From an uncultured Lachnospiraceae bacterium (GTDB taxonomy: Bacteria; Bacillota; Clostridia; Lachnospirales; Lachnospiraceae), in the NCBI GenBank assembly GCA_910578795.1, contig CAJTSD010000010.1, positions 10,898 through 74,897 of the forward strand: a stretch of 64,000 nucleotides of DNA. Reading direction: 5' to 3'. The position numbers and the translations under genes are program-made. Below are positions 11,033-20,545 of this stretch, piece by piece (position 1 is the stretch's first letter; every line of letters begins with the position of its first letter). Below the pieces are notes generated by a model, which did no database searches, was not told the origin of the DNA, and saw only the letters and a program-made list of their open reading frames with translations.

Positions 11033-12286
11033 ATGGCAATCAGAGAACGTTTATCTGGAAATGAAGCGGTGGCATATGCGATTAAACAGATTAATCCTGA
11101 TGTAATGCCGGCGTTTCCGATTACTCCGTCTACGGAGATTCCGCAGTATGTTGCTACATATATTGCAAACGGTGAGATTGATACGGAGTTTATTCATGTA
11201 GAAAGTGAGCATAGTGCGATGAGTGCGACAATCGGCGCATCCGCGGCAGGTGCGCGGGCGCTTACGGCAACGTCTTCCTGTGGAATGGCACTGATGTGGG
11301 AGGAGCTTTATGTGGCGGCTTCCGACAGGCTTCCAATTGTGCTTGCGCTTGTCAACAGGGCGCTTACAGGTCCGATTAATATTAATGCCGACCATTCGGA
11401 CAGCATGGGCGCGCGGGATACTGGATGGATACAAATCTATGCGGAGTCCAATCAGGAGGTCTATGACAACTTTATCCAGGCATTTCCGATTGCGGAGCAT
11501 GAGAAGGTTCACCTTCCCGTGATGGTATGCCAGGACGGATTTATTACAAGCCATGGTGTGGAGAATATTCTGCTTGTGGAAGACGACAAGGTGAAGACGT
11601 TTGTGGGTGAATACGAACCGGAGCATTATCTGTTGAATCCGAATGAGAAGATGGCGGTAGGACCGTATGCCGTATCAAATTACTATATGGAAACAAAGCG
11701 TGCACAGCGTCAGGCAATGATTGAGGCAAAGCAGGTTATTTTGGATGTGGCGAAAAAATTCGAGGAAATGACAGGTCGGAAATATGCTTTCTTTGAGGAA
11801 TATCGAATGGAAGATGCAGAATATGCGGTTGTGATTATTGGATCGGCAGCCGGAACATGTAAGGCAGCAATTGAGCATATCAGAAGCACCACGGGAAAGA
11901 AAGTGGGATTAATCAAGATCAGAGTGTTCCGTCCGTTTCCCGAGGAGGAGCTGGCGAAGGCGCTCGCACATGTAAAGGCTGTTGCAATTATGGACCGGAG
12001 CGAGATGTTTTCCGCAACGGGCGGACCGCTCGGTGCAGAGGTAAGGGCTGCGCTCTATCAGGCAAAGAGCAGCGCGGAAACGGTGAATTATTTTTACGGA
12101 CTTGGCGGAAGGGATATTACAGTAGCTGATTTTGAGCAGGTATATGAGAATCTTGGGGAAATGGCGCGGACACATAAGCCTGTCGGAATGTACGGTTACA
12201 TCGGGCTTCGCAGTGAGCAGAATCAGGAGGTAAAACCCTCCGAAGAGAATGGAGGTTTAAGGGTACATGGTACAGACAGCATATAA
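11033..12286 (+). CDS. 2-oxoacid:ferredoxin oxidoreductase, alpha subunit
   Basis: 417 aa. N-terminus LSGNEAVAYAIKQINPDVMPAFPITPSTEIPQ, typical of POR/VOR alpha. Lies within the gamma-delta-alpha-beta operon order. Confidence 0.85.
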   Translation: MAIRERLSGNEAVAYAIKQINPDVMPAFPITPSTEIPQYVATYIANGEIDTEFIHVESEHSAMSATIGASAAGARALTATSSCGMALMWEELYVAASDRLPIVLALVNRALTGPININADHSDSMGARDTGWIQIYAESNQEVYDNFIQAFPIAEHEKVHLPVMVCQDGFITSHGVENILLVEDDKVKTFVGEYEPEHYLLNPNEKMAVGPYAVSNYYMETKRAQRQAMIEAKQVILDVAKKFEEMTGRKYAFFEEYRMEDAEYAVVIIGSAAGTCKAAIEHIRSTTGKKVGLIKIRVFRPFPEEELAKALAHVKAVAIMDRSEMFSATGGPLGAEVRAALYQAKSSAETVNYFYGLGGRDITVADFEQVYENLGEMARTHKPVGMYGYIGLRSEQNQEVKPSEENGGLRVHGTDSI

Positions 12287-13205
12287 TTTCAAGGAAGTGA
12301 TGAGTAAGCCGGAGCGTTTGGCTCCAGGGCATAGAATGTGTGCAGGCTGCGGTGGAACAATCACGGTAAGAAACGTGCTCAGGGCGTTGAAGGAGGAAGA
12401 CAAGGCGGTGATTGGTAATGCTACGGGCTGTCTTGAGGTTTCTTCGTTTATGTATCCCTACACGGCATATGAGGACAGTTATATTCATAATGCCTTTGAG
12501 AATGCGGGAGCAACGCTTTCCGGAGTGGAAACTGCTTACAATGTGTTAAAGAAAAAGGGAAAAATCAAAGATAATTATAAGTTTATCACTTTTGGCGGTG
12601 ATGGCGGTACCTATGATATTGGTTTTCAATCGCTTTCGGGAGCAATGGAGAGAGGTCATGATATGGTGTATGTATGTTATGACAATGGTGCATATATGAA
12701 CACCGGAACACAGCGCTCCTCTGCAACGCCGCAGTATGCGGACACGACGACTACGCCTGCGGGAAGGGCTTCGGCAGGAAAGGTACAGATTCGAAAGGAT
12801 TTAGCGGCAATTATTGCGGAGCATCATGTGCCATATGTAGGTCAGACAACGTTTACCTCCAACTTTAAGGATTTATATACCAAGGCGCAGAAGGCAATCT
12901 ATACACCGGGAGCCGCATTCTTAAATGTGATGTCGCCGTGCCCGAGAGGCTGGGGATATGAAACAAGCGAGCTGATGAATATCTGTAAGCTCGCCATTGA
13001 TACATGCTATTGGCCGTTGTTTGAAGTAATTGACGGTCAGTGGATATTGAGCTATGAGCCGAAGAATAAACTGCCGATTGAGGACTTTTTAAAGCCGCAG
13101 AGGCGTTTTAGACATCTTTTCAAGAAAGAGAATGAAGAATTGATTGGATGTTTTCAGGAGGAAGTAGACAGACGCTGGGAGGAGCTTCGGAACAAGTGCA
13201 ATTAA
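12267..13205 (+). CDS. 2-oxoacid:ferredoxin oxidoreductase, beta (TPP-binding) subunit
   Basis: CAGCGG cluster motif and TPP motif FGGDGGTYDIGFQSLSG. 312 aa. Confidence 0.85.
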   Translation: MVQTAYNFKEVMSKPERLAPGHRMCAGCGGTITVRNVLRALKEEDKAVIGNATGCLEVSSFMYPYTAYEDSYIHNAFENAGATLSGVETAYNVLKKKGKIKDNYKFITFGGDGGTYDIGFQSLSGAMERGHDMVYVCYDNGAYMNTGTQRSSATPQYADTTTTPAGRASAGKVQIRKDLAAIIAEHHVPYVGQTTFTSNFKDLYTKAQKAIYTPGAAFLNVMSPCPRGWGYETSELMNICKLAIDTCYWPLFEVIDGQWILSYEPKNKLPIEDFLKPQRRFRHLFKKENEELIGCFQEEVDRRWEELRNKCN

Positions 13206-13216
13206 AAATGGGCATA

Positions 13217-13251
13217 AAAATGCAGGCTGCAGTAAAATCAGCCTGCATTTT
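13217..13251. terminator. bidirectional intrinsic terminator
   Basis: 13-bp stem aaaatgcaggctg / cagcctgcatttt with a 9-nt loop. Confidence 0.8.
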
Positions 13252-13258
13252 GTGATTC

Positions 13259-13807
13259 CTATGACTGTTCAACCTGTTGTCGTACTGCCTCAATTTCGGC
13301 TTGCTTTCTAGCCTCATCTTCGGCTGCTTCCCGTAACAGTCTTTCATATATGGCATTTGCCTCCTTCACGATATCATCGTGTTCCGGAGAGAGCGTTACA
13401 TCACTGCTCTCTTTTTTTTTTGACGATGCATCCTCTCCAGATTCACTGCCCGAAAGAAGCGAGTCAACGGTATTCTGATTGCTGGATGTGCTCAGAATAG
13501 CATTCAGGGCAGCTTTTGTCTGGTCGTCAACGGGTCCTTTGCCATAGAGACCGGAATAAGAACCTGTGGTAGCATTATAGGCAGACGCATCAATACTGTC
13601 ATTTGCATTTTGGCTGGCAGCATTCGCTTCAAGGCTAAGCCTTTTTTCCTTCTCCGCCTCTAATTGAAGCCGTTCTTTTTTGAGTGCTTCCTTCTTCTCG
13701 GCCTTTGAGGGCCACACACGGAAAACATCAGGGTTATATGAAACTAACCACCATTTGATGACATGCGGATAATATTTTTTTAGAAAATATGCTGTCGCTG
13801 CATCCAT
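13259..13807 (-). CDS. hypothetical protein (coiled-coil / low-complexity)
   Basis: 182-aa ORF. No recognisable catalytic motif. Contains an A10 run on the coding strand at 13412-13421. Confidence 0.45.
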   Translation of the reverse strand: MDAATAYFLKKYYPHVIKWWLVSYNPDVFRVWPSKAEKKEALKKERLQLEAEKEKRLSLEANAASQNANDSIDASAYNATTGSYSGLYGKGPVDDQTKAALNAILSTSSNQNTVDSLLSGSESGEDASSKKKESSDVTLSPEHDDIVKEANAIYERLLREAAEDEARKQAEIEAVRQQVEQS

Positions 13808-13991
13808 AATAAATTCACACCATCTTTCAATGCCGTATCAGGCAAAAAATTACACGAATATATTATAGCATATATTGTCTAAAAACGATACAAAAAATAA
13901 AAAATTCTATGCATAATTTCCGTCTTTTTATGCTGTGCTCTCTTTGAAATCTTAAATTGAAATAAAAAATGTAATAAAAGTATAAACTAAA

Positions 13992-14019
13992 TTGACAAAT
14001 TGCAAAATGGTGTTATATT
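13992..14019 (+). promoter_or_regulatory. sigma-A type promoter of clpB
   Basis: TTGACA, 16-nt spacer, TATATT, with a TG extended -10 (tgttatatt). Confidence 0.6.
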
Positions 14020-14071
14020 TAATGTAGAACAGATAAAACAAGACAAAAAAGAAAAGAGGGAGGAACGCAAT

Positions 14072-16660
14072 ATGAATATTCAGCGGTTTACACAAAAATC
14101 AATTGAAGCAGTCAATACCTGTGAAAAGCTTGCAATGGAATACGGGAATCAGGAACTGGAACAGGAGCATCTTCTGTATGCGCTTTTAACGATTGATGAC
14201 AGCCTGATTTTGAAGCTGACGGAGAAGATGGAAATCAATACAGACTATTTTTTGGAGCGTGCAAGAAAAGCAATTGAAAAGCGCGTGAAGGTACAGGGTG
14301 GACAGATTTATGTCGGTCAGTATTTGAATAAAGTGTTAATCAGTGCAGAGGATGAGGCAAAACACATGGGGGACGAGTATGTTTCGGTAGAACATTTGTT
14401 TCTCGCAATGCTTCAGAATCCGAATAAGGAAATCAAGGAAATTTTCAGGGAATACGGAATTACGCGGGAACGTTTTTTAAAGGCGCTTTCGCAGGTCAGA
14501 GGCAATCAGAAGGTTGTGAGCGATAATCCTGAGGCAACGTATGATACGTTGGAGAAATACGGTCAGGACTTGGTGGAGAAGGCGAGAAACCAAAAGCTGG
14601 ATCCGGTGATTGGACGCGATAATGAAATTCGGAACATTATTCGGATTTTGTCGAGAAAGACGAAGAACAATCCGGTGCTGATTGGAGAGCCGGGGGTAGG
14701 AAAAACGGCTGTGGTGGAAGGACTGGCACAGCGTATTGTGCGGGGGGACGTGCCCCAGGGCTTGAAGGATAAAAAGATTTTTTCTTTGGATATGGGCGCA
14801 CTTGTGGCAGGTGCAAAGTACCGCGGCGAGTTTGAGGAACGTTTAAAGGCTGTGCTTGAGGATGTGAAAAACAGCGACGGACAGATTATTTTGTTTATCG
14901 ATGAGCTTCACACGATTGTGGGGGCAGGAAAGACGGACGGCGCGATGGATGCGGGAAACATGCTAAAGCCAATGCTTGCAAGAGGGGAGCTGCACTGTAT
15001 CGGTGCGACGACGCTTGATGAGTACAGGCAGTACATTGAAAAGGACGCGGCGCTTGAGCGGCGGTTCCAGCCGGTTATGGTCAGTGAGCCGACGGTTGAG
15101 GACACGATTAGCATTTTGAGAGGATTAAAAGAGCGCTATGAGGTATTCCATGGTGTAAAAATCATGGACAATGCCCTTGTGAGTGCGGCGGTGCTCTCGA
15201 ACCGATACATTACGGATCGTTTCCTGCCGGATAAGGCGATAGACCTGGTGGACGAGGCGTGTGCCTTGATTAAGACGGAGCTTGATTCCATGCCGGCAGA
15301 GCTTGACGAGCTGCAAAGAAGGATTATGCAGATGGAGATTGAGGTTGCCGCTTTGAAAAAAGAGGAGGATCGGTTAAGCGCCGAGCGTTTGGAGGCATTA
15401 CAGGCGGAGCTTGCGGAGCAGAAGGCGGAGTATGACAACCGAAAAGCGCAGTGGGATAATGAGAAATCCTGCGTGGAAAAGCTTTCCAAATTGAGAGAAG
15501 ACATTGAAGAAATCAATAATCAGATACAGATTGCGCAAAGAGAAGGAAATCTTGAGAAAGCGGCGGAGCTAAGCTATGGAAAGCTGCCACAGCTGAAAAA
15601 GCAGCTGGAGGCGGAGGAAGCGGCTGCAGGTTCCCGGGAAATGCGTCTTGTGCATGAGAGTGTGTCCGAGGAGGAGATTGCAAGAATCATCTCACGCTGG
15701 ACGGGAATTCCCGTGACAAAGCTAAATGAGAGCGAGCGCAACAAGACACTCCACCTTGACGAAGAGCTTCACAGGCGTGTCGTAGGGCAGGATGAAGGCG
15801 TCACCAAGGTTACGGAAGCGATTATCCGTTCTAAAGCTGGCATCAAGGATCCGGAGAAACCGATTGGCTCGTTCCTGTTTTTGGGACCGACTGGTGTTGG
15901 AAAGACGGAGCTTGCGAAGGCGCTTGCGGCATCGCTGTTTGACGATGAGTCCAATATGGTGCGGATTGATATGAGTGAGTATATGGAAAAGCATTCCGTA
16001 TCAAGGCTGATTGGAGCGCCTCCCGGATATGTAGGATATGACGAGGGCGGACAGCTGACGGAGGCAGTGCGCAGAAAGCCGTATAGTGTTGTGCTGTTTG
16101 ACGAGGTGGAGAAGGCGCATCCGGATGTGTTTAATATTCTGTTACAGGTACTTGACGACGGACGGATTACCGATTCTCAGGGGCGCACGGTGGACTTTAA
16201 AAATACAATATTGATTATGACTTCCAATATTGGGGCGAATTATTTATTGGAGGGCATTGATGAGCGCGGAAATATCAGTGAGCAGGCGCAGGAGCTGGTG
16301 ATGGGCGAGCTGCGTGCCCATTTTCGACCGGAATTTTTAAACAGGCTGGATGAAACAATTCTGTTTAAACCGCTCACAAAGGATAATATTGGCGGTATTA
16401 TCAAGCTGATTCTTGCCGATTTAAACAAAAGGCTTGCAGACAGGGAACTTTCCATTGAATTGACTGAGCGTGCAGAAGACTATATTGTGAAGAATGGGTA
16501 TAATCCGGTGTATGGTGCAAGACCATTAAAGCGGTATATCCAAAAATATGTGGAAACATTGGCGGCAAAGCTGATTCTTGCGGATCAGGTCAGGACAGGA
16601 GATGTTATACAGATAGACCTGAATGGGAATGGCGACGAGTTAGCTGCCTTGGTAAAATAA
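14072..16660 (+). CDS. clpB: ATP-dependent chaperone/disaggregase ClpB
   Basis: Two AAA+ modules (GEPGVGKTA; GPTGVGKTE), a long coiled-coil middle domain and a Clp N-domain. The ATG at 14072 follows GAGGGAGG. Confidence 0.95.
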   Translation: MNIQRFTQKSIEAVNTCEKLAMEYGNQELEQEHLLYALLTIDDSLILKLTEKMEINTDYFLERARKAIEKRVKVQGGQIYVGQYLNKVLISAEDEAKHMGDEYVSVEHLFLAMLQNPNKEIKEIFREYGITRERFLKALSQVRGNQKVVSDNPEATYDTLEKYGQDLVEKARNQKLDPVIGRDNEIRNIIRILSRKTKNNPVLIGEPGVGKTAVVEGLAQRIVRGDVPQGLKDKKIFSLDMGALVAGAKYRGEFEERLKAVLEDVKNSDGQIILFIDELHTIVGAGKTDGAMDAGNMLKPMLARGELHCIGATTLDEYRQYIEKDAALERRFQPVMVSEPTVEDTISILRGLKERYEVFHGVKIMDNALVSAAVLSNRYITDRFLPDKAIDLVDEACALIKTELDSMPAELDELQRRIMQMEIEVAALKKEEDRLSAERLEALQAELAEQKAEYDNRKAQWDNEKSCVEKLSKLREDIEEINNQIQIAQREGNLEKAAELSYGKLPQLKKQLEAEEAAAGSREMRLVHESVSEEEIARIISRWTGIPVTKLNESERNKTLHLDEELHRRVVGQDEGVTKVTEAIIRSKAGIKDPEKPIGSFLFLGPTGVGKTELAKALAASLFDDESNMVRIDMSEYMEKHSVSRLIGAPPGYVGYDEGGQLTEAVRRKPYSVVLFDEVEKAHPDVFNILLQVLDDGRITDSQGRTVDFKNTILIMTSNIGANYLLEGIDERGNISEQAQELVMGELRAHFRPEFLNRLDETILFKPLTKDNIGGIIKLILADLNKRLADRELSIELTERAEDYIVKNGYNPVYGARPLKRYIQKYVETLAAKLILADQVRTGDVIQIDLNGNGDELAALVK

Positions 16661-16695
16661 AAATAACGCATGGTTTTATACCGTGCGTTATTTTT
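16661..16695. terminator. bidirectional intrinsic terminator
   Basis: Hairpin aaaataacgcatgg / ccgtgcgttatttt between convergent clpB and the SGNH gene. Confidence 0.75.
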
Positions 16696-16698
16696 GGG

Positions 16699-17601
16699 CT
16701 AAATAACAATAGCATGTTTTAGTAAAAAATCTTTCCATATCGGATAGTATTGTGCCCGAATATGTACCTGATCCCATGTGTAGTCCGATATTAATGAACC
16801 GTCTGCACAAAGGCTGCTTTCATTAATGTCAATATAAAAAATATCCTTTTGGTTGGCGAGCGTGGCAATCAGCTTATTTCGTGCGGAAATATTTTCATTT
16901 GTAATATTTTCATCCTCGCTTGACTTGCTTTCCGTTACAAGCAGATTTCCCTGTATGAAAATCAGTGCATCTGGCTGAAGGCTCCGGATATCCGCCACGA
17001 CTTCCTTGTATTGCTTAAAAAATGTTTCAGGTGTACCCGTACCGCACTCGTTGATGCCGACCATAAGATAGATTTTTGAAAATTCCTGATCCGACAGGAT
17101 TTCCCGTATGGTCTTTTTTTCGCCTTCATAGGTGAATTTTTTCTTGTCATAATCGTAAATGGATAGCGAGTTCTTACACAAAAAGGTGGCATTTTCAATG
17201 CCGGAATACTGGCTGATTCCCACGGTACGGGAGTCGCCGATAAAGCAGGCGTCTTTGAAATAATTGTCATCCGCAGTCGTAAAGCTGTATGTTTCGATAT
17301 TGGTGGACATTATTTCCACTGCCGAAAGGTCGGTTTCACTGACACGAAAGGCAATATTGCCAAAGAGCAGGGAGTTGTTGTCGATAAACGATGCTGTCGT
17401 AACTGTCCTGCTGCCCAAAAGATCCGAAAGATAAGTGCCGTCATGGATTGCCTTCATCGCCGTAACAAGCGGAATGTTTGGAACGGTATAGGTGTCTGCA
17501 TTATGATAATATAAAGCATTCCAGCGTGTTCCAAGTAGGCTGAACACCAGTGCCGATATTACAATCAATGAAAGGAGTGCATAATTTTTTCTGTCACTCA
17601 T
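16699..17601 (-). CDS. membrane-anchored SGNH/GDSL-like acyl-esterase/transferase (DltD/PatB-like partner of the MBOAT)
   Basis: N-terminal TM helix. Block I motif CFIGDSRTVG. Lies 24 nt downstream of the MBOAT gene on the same strand. Confidence 0.6.
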   Translation of the reverse strand: MSDRKNYALLSLIVISALVFSLLGTRWNALYYHNADTYTVPNIPLVTAMKAIHDGTYLSDLLGSRTVTTASFIDNNSLLFGNIAFRVSETDLSAVEIMSTNIETYSFTTADDNYFKDACFIGDSRTVGISQYSGIENATFLCKNSLSIYDYDKKKFTYEGEKKTIREILSDQEFSKIYLMVGINECGTGTPETFFKQYKEVVADIRSLQPDALIFIQGNLLVTESKSSEDENITNENISARNKLIATLANQKDIFYIDINESSLCADGSLISDYTWDQVHIRAQYYPIWKDFLLKHAIVI

Positions 17602-17624
17602 AAGGAAAGCTGCCTCCGATAAAT

Positions 17625-19043
17625 CTAAAATCTAAAGTATAAAAACGGGTTGTTAATGCCAATTGCCAACAGGTAAACGGAGTACCAAAATACCACAAGC
17701 AGTATGAGGATTCCAAGCGCTTTGTCGCGCACTTTCTCAAAAAGCTTTTCAGGATAGCTGACAGAGAAAATAACACTTACTATTAAAAGCGGTGCATATA
17801 ATTCAAGAAGTCTCCAAAAATCGGTTAGCGGGGCAGTCTGCACACCGCCAAAAAATGGAAACATTTTTAATAAATATACACGAAGCTCGGAAAAATCGGT
17901 TATGGCAAAAACAATCCAGCTCACGGGAATATAGAGCAGAATATATAAATGTGACAAAAGCCATGCAAATATATTTTTGCTGTTTAAAAACCGAAGCATT
18001 ATCGTTTTTTCAATCACCAAGAGGACAAAAATCAAAAGTCCCCAAAGAACAAAATTCCATGCCGCCCCATGCCAAAAACCGACAAGAAGCCACACAACAA
18101 ACAGGTGAAAAACAGTGCGCAGCGCCCCTTTACGGTTTCCGCCAAGCGGAATATAGACATATTCGCGAAACCAGGCACCCAGCGTAATATGCCAACGCCG
18201 CCAAAATTCCGTTACACTCCTTGCTATGTAAGGATACCGGAAATTTTCAGGCATCGAAAAACCGAGCATATCGCCTAAACCGATTGCCATAACCGAATAG
18301 CCCCAAAAATCAAAATAAAGCTGCATCGAATAGGCAAAAGCGCCGAGCCATGCAAGCGGTGTGGAAATGCTTTCAAACCCAATTGTGCAGATTTCATTCC
18401 AAAGTGTGCCGATGCGGTTTGCAATAATGACCTTGTAGCCGAGTCCAACAATAAAGGTTTTGAGACCGCGGTCAATATTTTCAATGGATACCTTGCGTTC
18501 CCTTAAAGCATCGGAAATGTCAGAGTACACGACAATCGGTCCCGCAATCAATTGAGGAAACATACATATGTACGCGCCGAGACTGACAAAAGATTTGTCG
18601 GCTTTTACCTTATCGCGGTATACATCAATGATATATGATACAATTTGAAAGGTATAAAAGCTGATGCCAAGCGGCAGACTAACATTTAGCGTAAAAAACT
18701 GCCAGTCAATACCACATGTCTTTAGGAGCAGATTGATATTTTCAATAAAGAAATTTGCATATTTAAAAAAAAGTAACAGCCCGAAATTATATAAAAGTGC
18801 AATCCAAAACAAAAAAAGCCGTTCAGCCCTGCCTCTTTGATACCTTGCAATGCCAAGACCGAACAGATAATTGAGAACGGTCGAGGCAAAAATTAAAAAT
18901 AAATAAAAAGGATCACCAAAACTGTAAAACACCAAACTGCCCAAGAAAAGTAAAGTATTTTTACTTTTTGAGGGCACACAATAATATAAGGCCAGAAAGG
19001 CAGGCAAAAATGCAAAAATAAAAGAAAGACTGCTAAAAACCAT
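17625..19043 (-). CDS. MBOAT-family membrane-bound O-acyltransferase (AlgI/DltB/PatA-like)
   Basis: 472 aa and polytopic. The MBOAT signature TEFWRRWHITLGAWFREYVYIPLGGNR contains the conserved His. Confidence 0.85.
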   Translation of the reverse strand: MVFSSLSFIFAFLPAFLALYYCVPSKSKNTLLFLGSLVFYSFGDPFYLFLIFASTVLNYLFGLGIARYQRGRAERLFLFWIALLYNFGLLLFFKYANFFIENINLLLKTCGIDWQFFTLNVSLPLGISFYTFQIVSYIIDVYRDKVKADKSFVSLGAYICMFPQLIAGPIVVYSDISDALRERKVSIENIDRGLKTFIVGLGYKVIIANRIGTLWNEICTIGFESISTPLAWLGAFAYSMQLYFDFWGYSVMAIGLGDMLGFSMPENFRYPYIARSVTEFWRRWHITLGAWFREYVYIPLGGNRKGALRTVFHLFVVWLLVGFWHGAAWNFVLWGLLIFVLLVIEKTIMLRFLNSKNIFAWLLSHLYILLYIPVSWIVFAITDFSELRVYLLKMFPFFGGVQTAPLTDFWRLLELYAPLLIVSVIFSVSYPEKLFEKVRDKALGILILLVVFWYSVYLLAIGINNPFLYFRF

Positions 19044-19327
19044 GAGCTCCCCCTAAAGCGGCATTTGATCCGGCACCACAATCTGCAGAACATATTGGCG
19101 TATGGTTACGCTGCCGCGAGAATATTATAGCAAAAATACAGACTAAATTCTACTGGAAACCAAGAATTTGTGTATACGAATTTTTGTCAGTAAAAAGCTT
19201 TTGTTTTGATACTTTTTACCAAAGATATTGCATAAGGCATCCAAAATATGCTAAAGTTTTTATGGAATTTTGTTTTTTGGTAAATTTTAGGAAAAGAATG
19301 ACATCAGTGGGAAAGGGATGATATCCG

Positions 19328-20380
19328 TTGAAAAAAATAGTTGTTTTATTGATACTGCTTGCTTTGGCTCTTGCCGGCTGTGCGGATAAGACGCAGCCTT
19401 CAAATGGAACGACGAGGATTGTACTGACGACAGGATTTGGCAGGGATGAGGTCTTTCGGATTGAAAAAAGCTCCTGTTTGCTTGCGGAAATTATGGTGTA
19501 CCTGACAAATACGAAAAACCAGTATGAAAATACATTTGGCGAAGAAATCTGGAATGCTTCCTACAACGGCGAAACATTGGAAGGAAATATTAAGGATACG
19601 GTACTTGCAAGAATGGCGCGGATTAAGGCATTGAATCTTCTTGCGTCGGAATATGAGATTGCACTTGAGCAAAATGAAAAAGAGCAGGCAAAACAGGCGG
19701 CGCAGATTTATCATGCCTCTTTAAATGATGCGGAGAAAAGGGCAATGGGAGTAGATGAGGCGCTGCTTTGCAGGATGTATGAGGAATATGCGTTGTCCGA
19801 AAAGGTATACCAGTATTTAATTGCGGATATCAATCCTGAAATCAGTGACGACGAGGCGCGGACAATCACGGTACAGCACATTTTGATTAAGACTTATTCT
19901 TTGAATGAAAACGGAGATCGAGTGGAATATACAAAACAGGCAAAAAACGAAGCGTATCAGAGGGCGCTTGAAGCGCTAAAGCGGGCGCGGGACGGAGATG
20001 AATTTACAAGCCTGATTGCCGAGTACAGTGAAGACAGCAATTCCTCCTATTCTTTTATCAAGGGGAGTATGGATCCGGCTTTTGAGGAAGCGGCATTTAA
20101 CCTTGGAACGGATGAAATCAGCGGAATCGTCGAAAGCTCTCACGGGTATCATATTATCAAATGTATCAGTACGTTTGACCGTGCCGAGACAGACAGAAAC
20201 AAGGTAGTGATTGTGGAGCAGCGCCGCAGGGAAGTGTTTAATGAGGAATATTCAGGGTTTGTTGAAGGACTTACGAGAAACTTAAATCAAAAGCTTTGGG
20301 ATCAGGTTGCTTTTATTGAGGATGAGAATGTGACGACGGACTCCTTTTTTTCCGTTTACGCAGAACAGTTTCACCAATGA
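19328..20380 (+). CDS. PrsA-like peptidyl-prolyl isomerase lipoprotein (parvulin type)
   Basis: Lipobox LALAGC. Parvulin domain (VQHILIKT ... SHGYHIIKC). TTG start. Confidence 0.78.
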   Translation: MKKIVVLLILLALALAGCADKTQPSNGTTRIVLTTGFGRDEVFRIEKSSCLLAEIMVYLTNTKNQYENTFGEEIWNASYNGETLEGNIKDTVLARMARIKALNLLASEYEIALEQNEKEQAKQAAQIYHASLNDAEKRAMGVDEALLCRMYEEYALSEKVYQYLIADINPEISDDEARTITVQHILIKTYSLNENGDRVEYTKQAKNEAYQRALEALKRARDGDEFTSLIAEYSEDSNSSYSFIKGSMDPAFEEAAFNLGTDEISGIVESSHGYHIIKCISTFDRAETDRNKVVIVEQRRREVFNEEYSGFVEGLTRNLNQKLWDQVAFIEDENVTTDSFFSVYAEQFHQ

Positions 20381-20424
20381 AAATTTATATAGGAATTATA
20401 AAAAGTATAAACAAAATATTAATT

Positions 20425-20452
20425 ATTAGCACTCAAACGCATCGAGTGCTAA
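20425..20452. promoter_or_regulatory. CIRCE operator (HrcA binding site)
   Basis: Perfect TTAGCACTC, 9-nt spacer (aaacgcatc), GAGTGCTAA inverted repeat about 95 nt upstream of htpG. Confidence 0.85.
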
Positions 20453-20459
20453 TTTTTGC

Positions 20460-20488
20460 TTGACATTTATTTTTTTGGGGATTAAACT
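20460..20488 (+). promoter_or_regulatory. sigma-A type promoter of htpG
   Basis: TTGACA, 17-nt spacer, TAAACT, starting about 8 nt downstream of the CIRCE. Confidence 0.55.
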
Positions 20489-20545
20489 TACTATCAGAAC
20501 AAAATATCAGAACCAAAAATATCTAAGGAAGGAATGTGATTTTTC

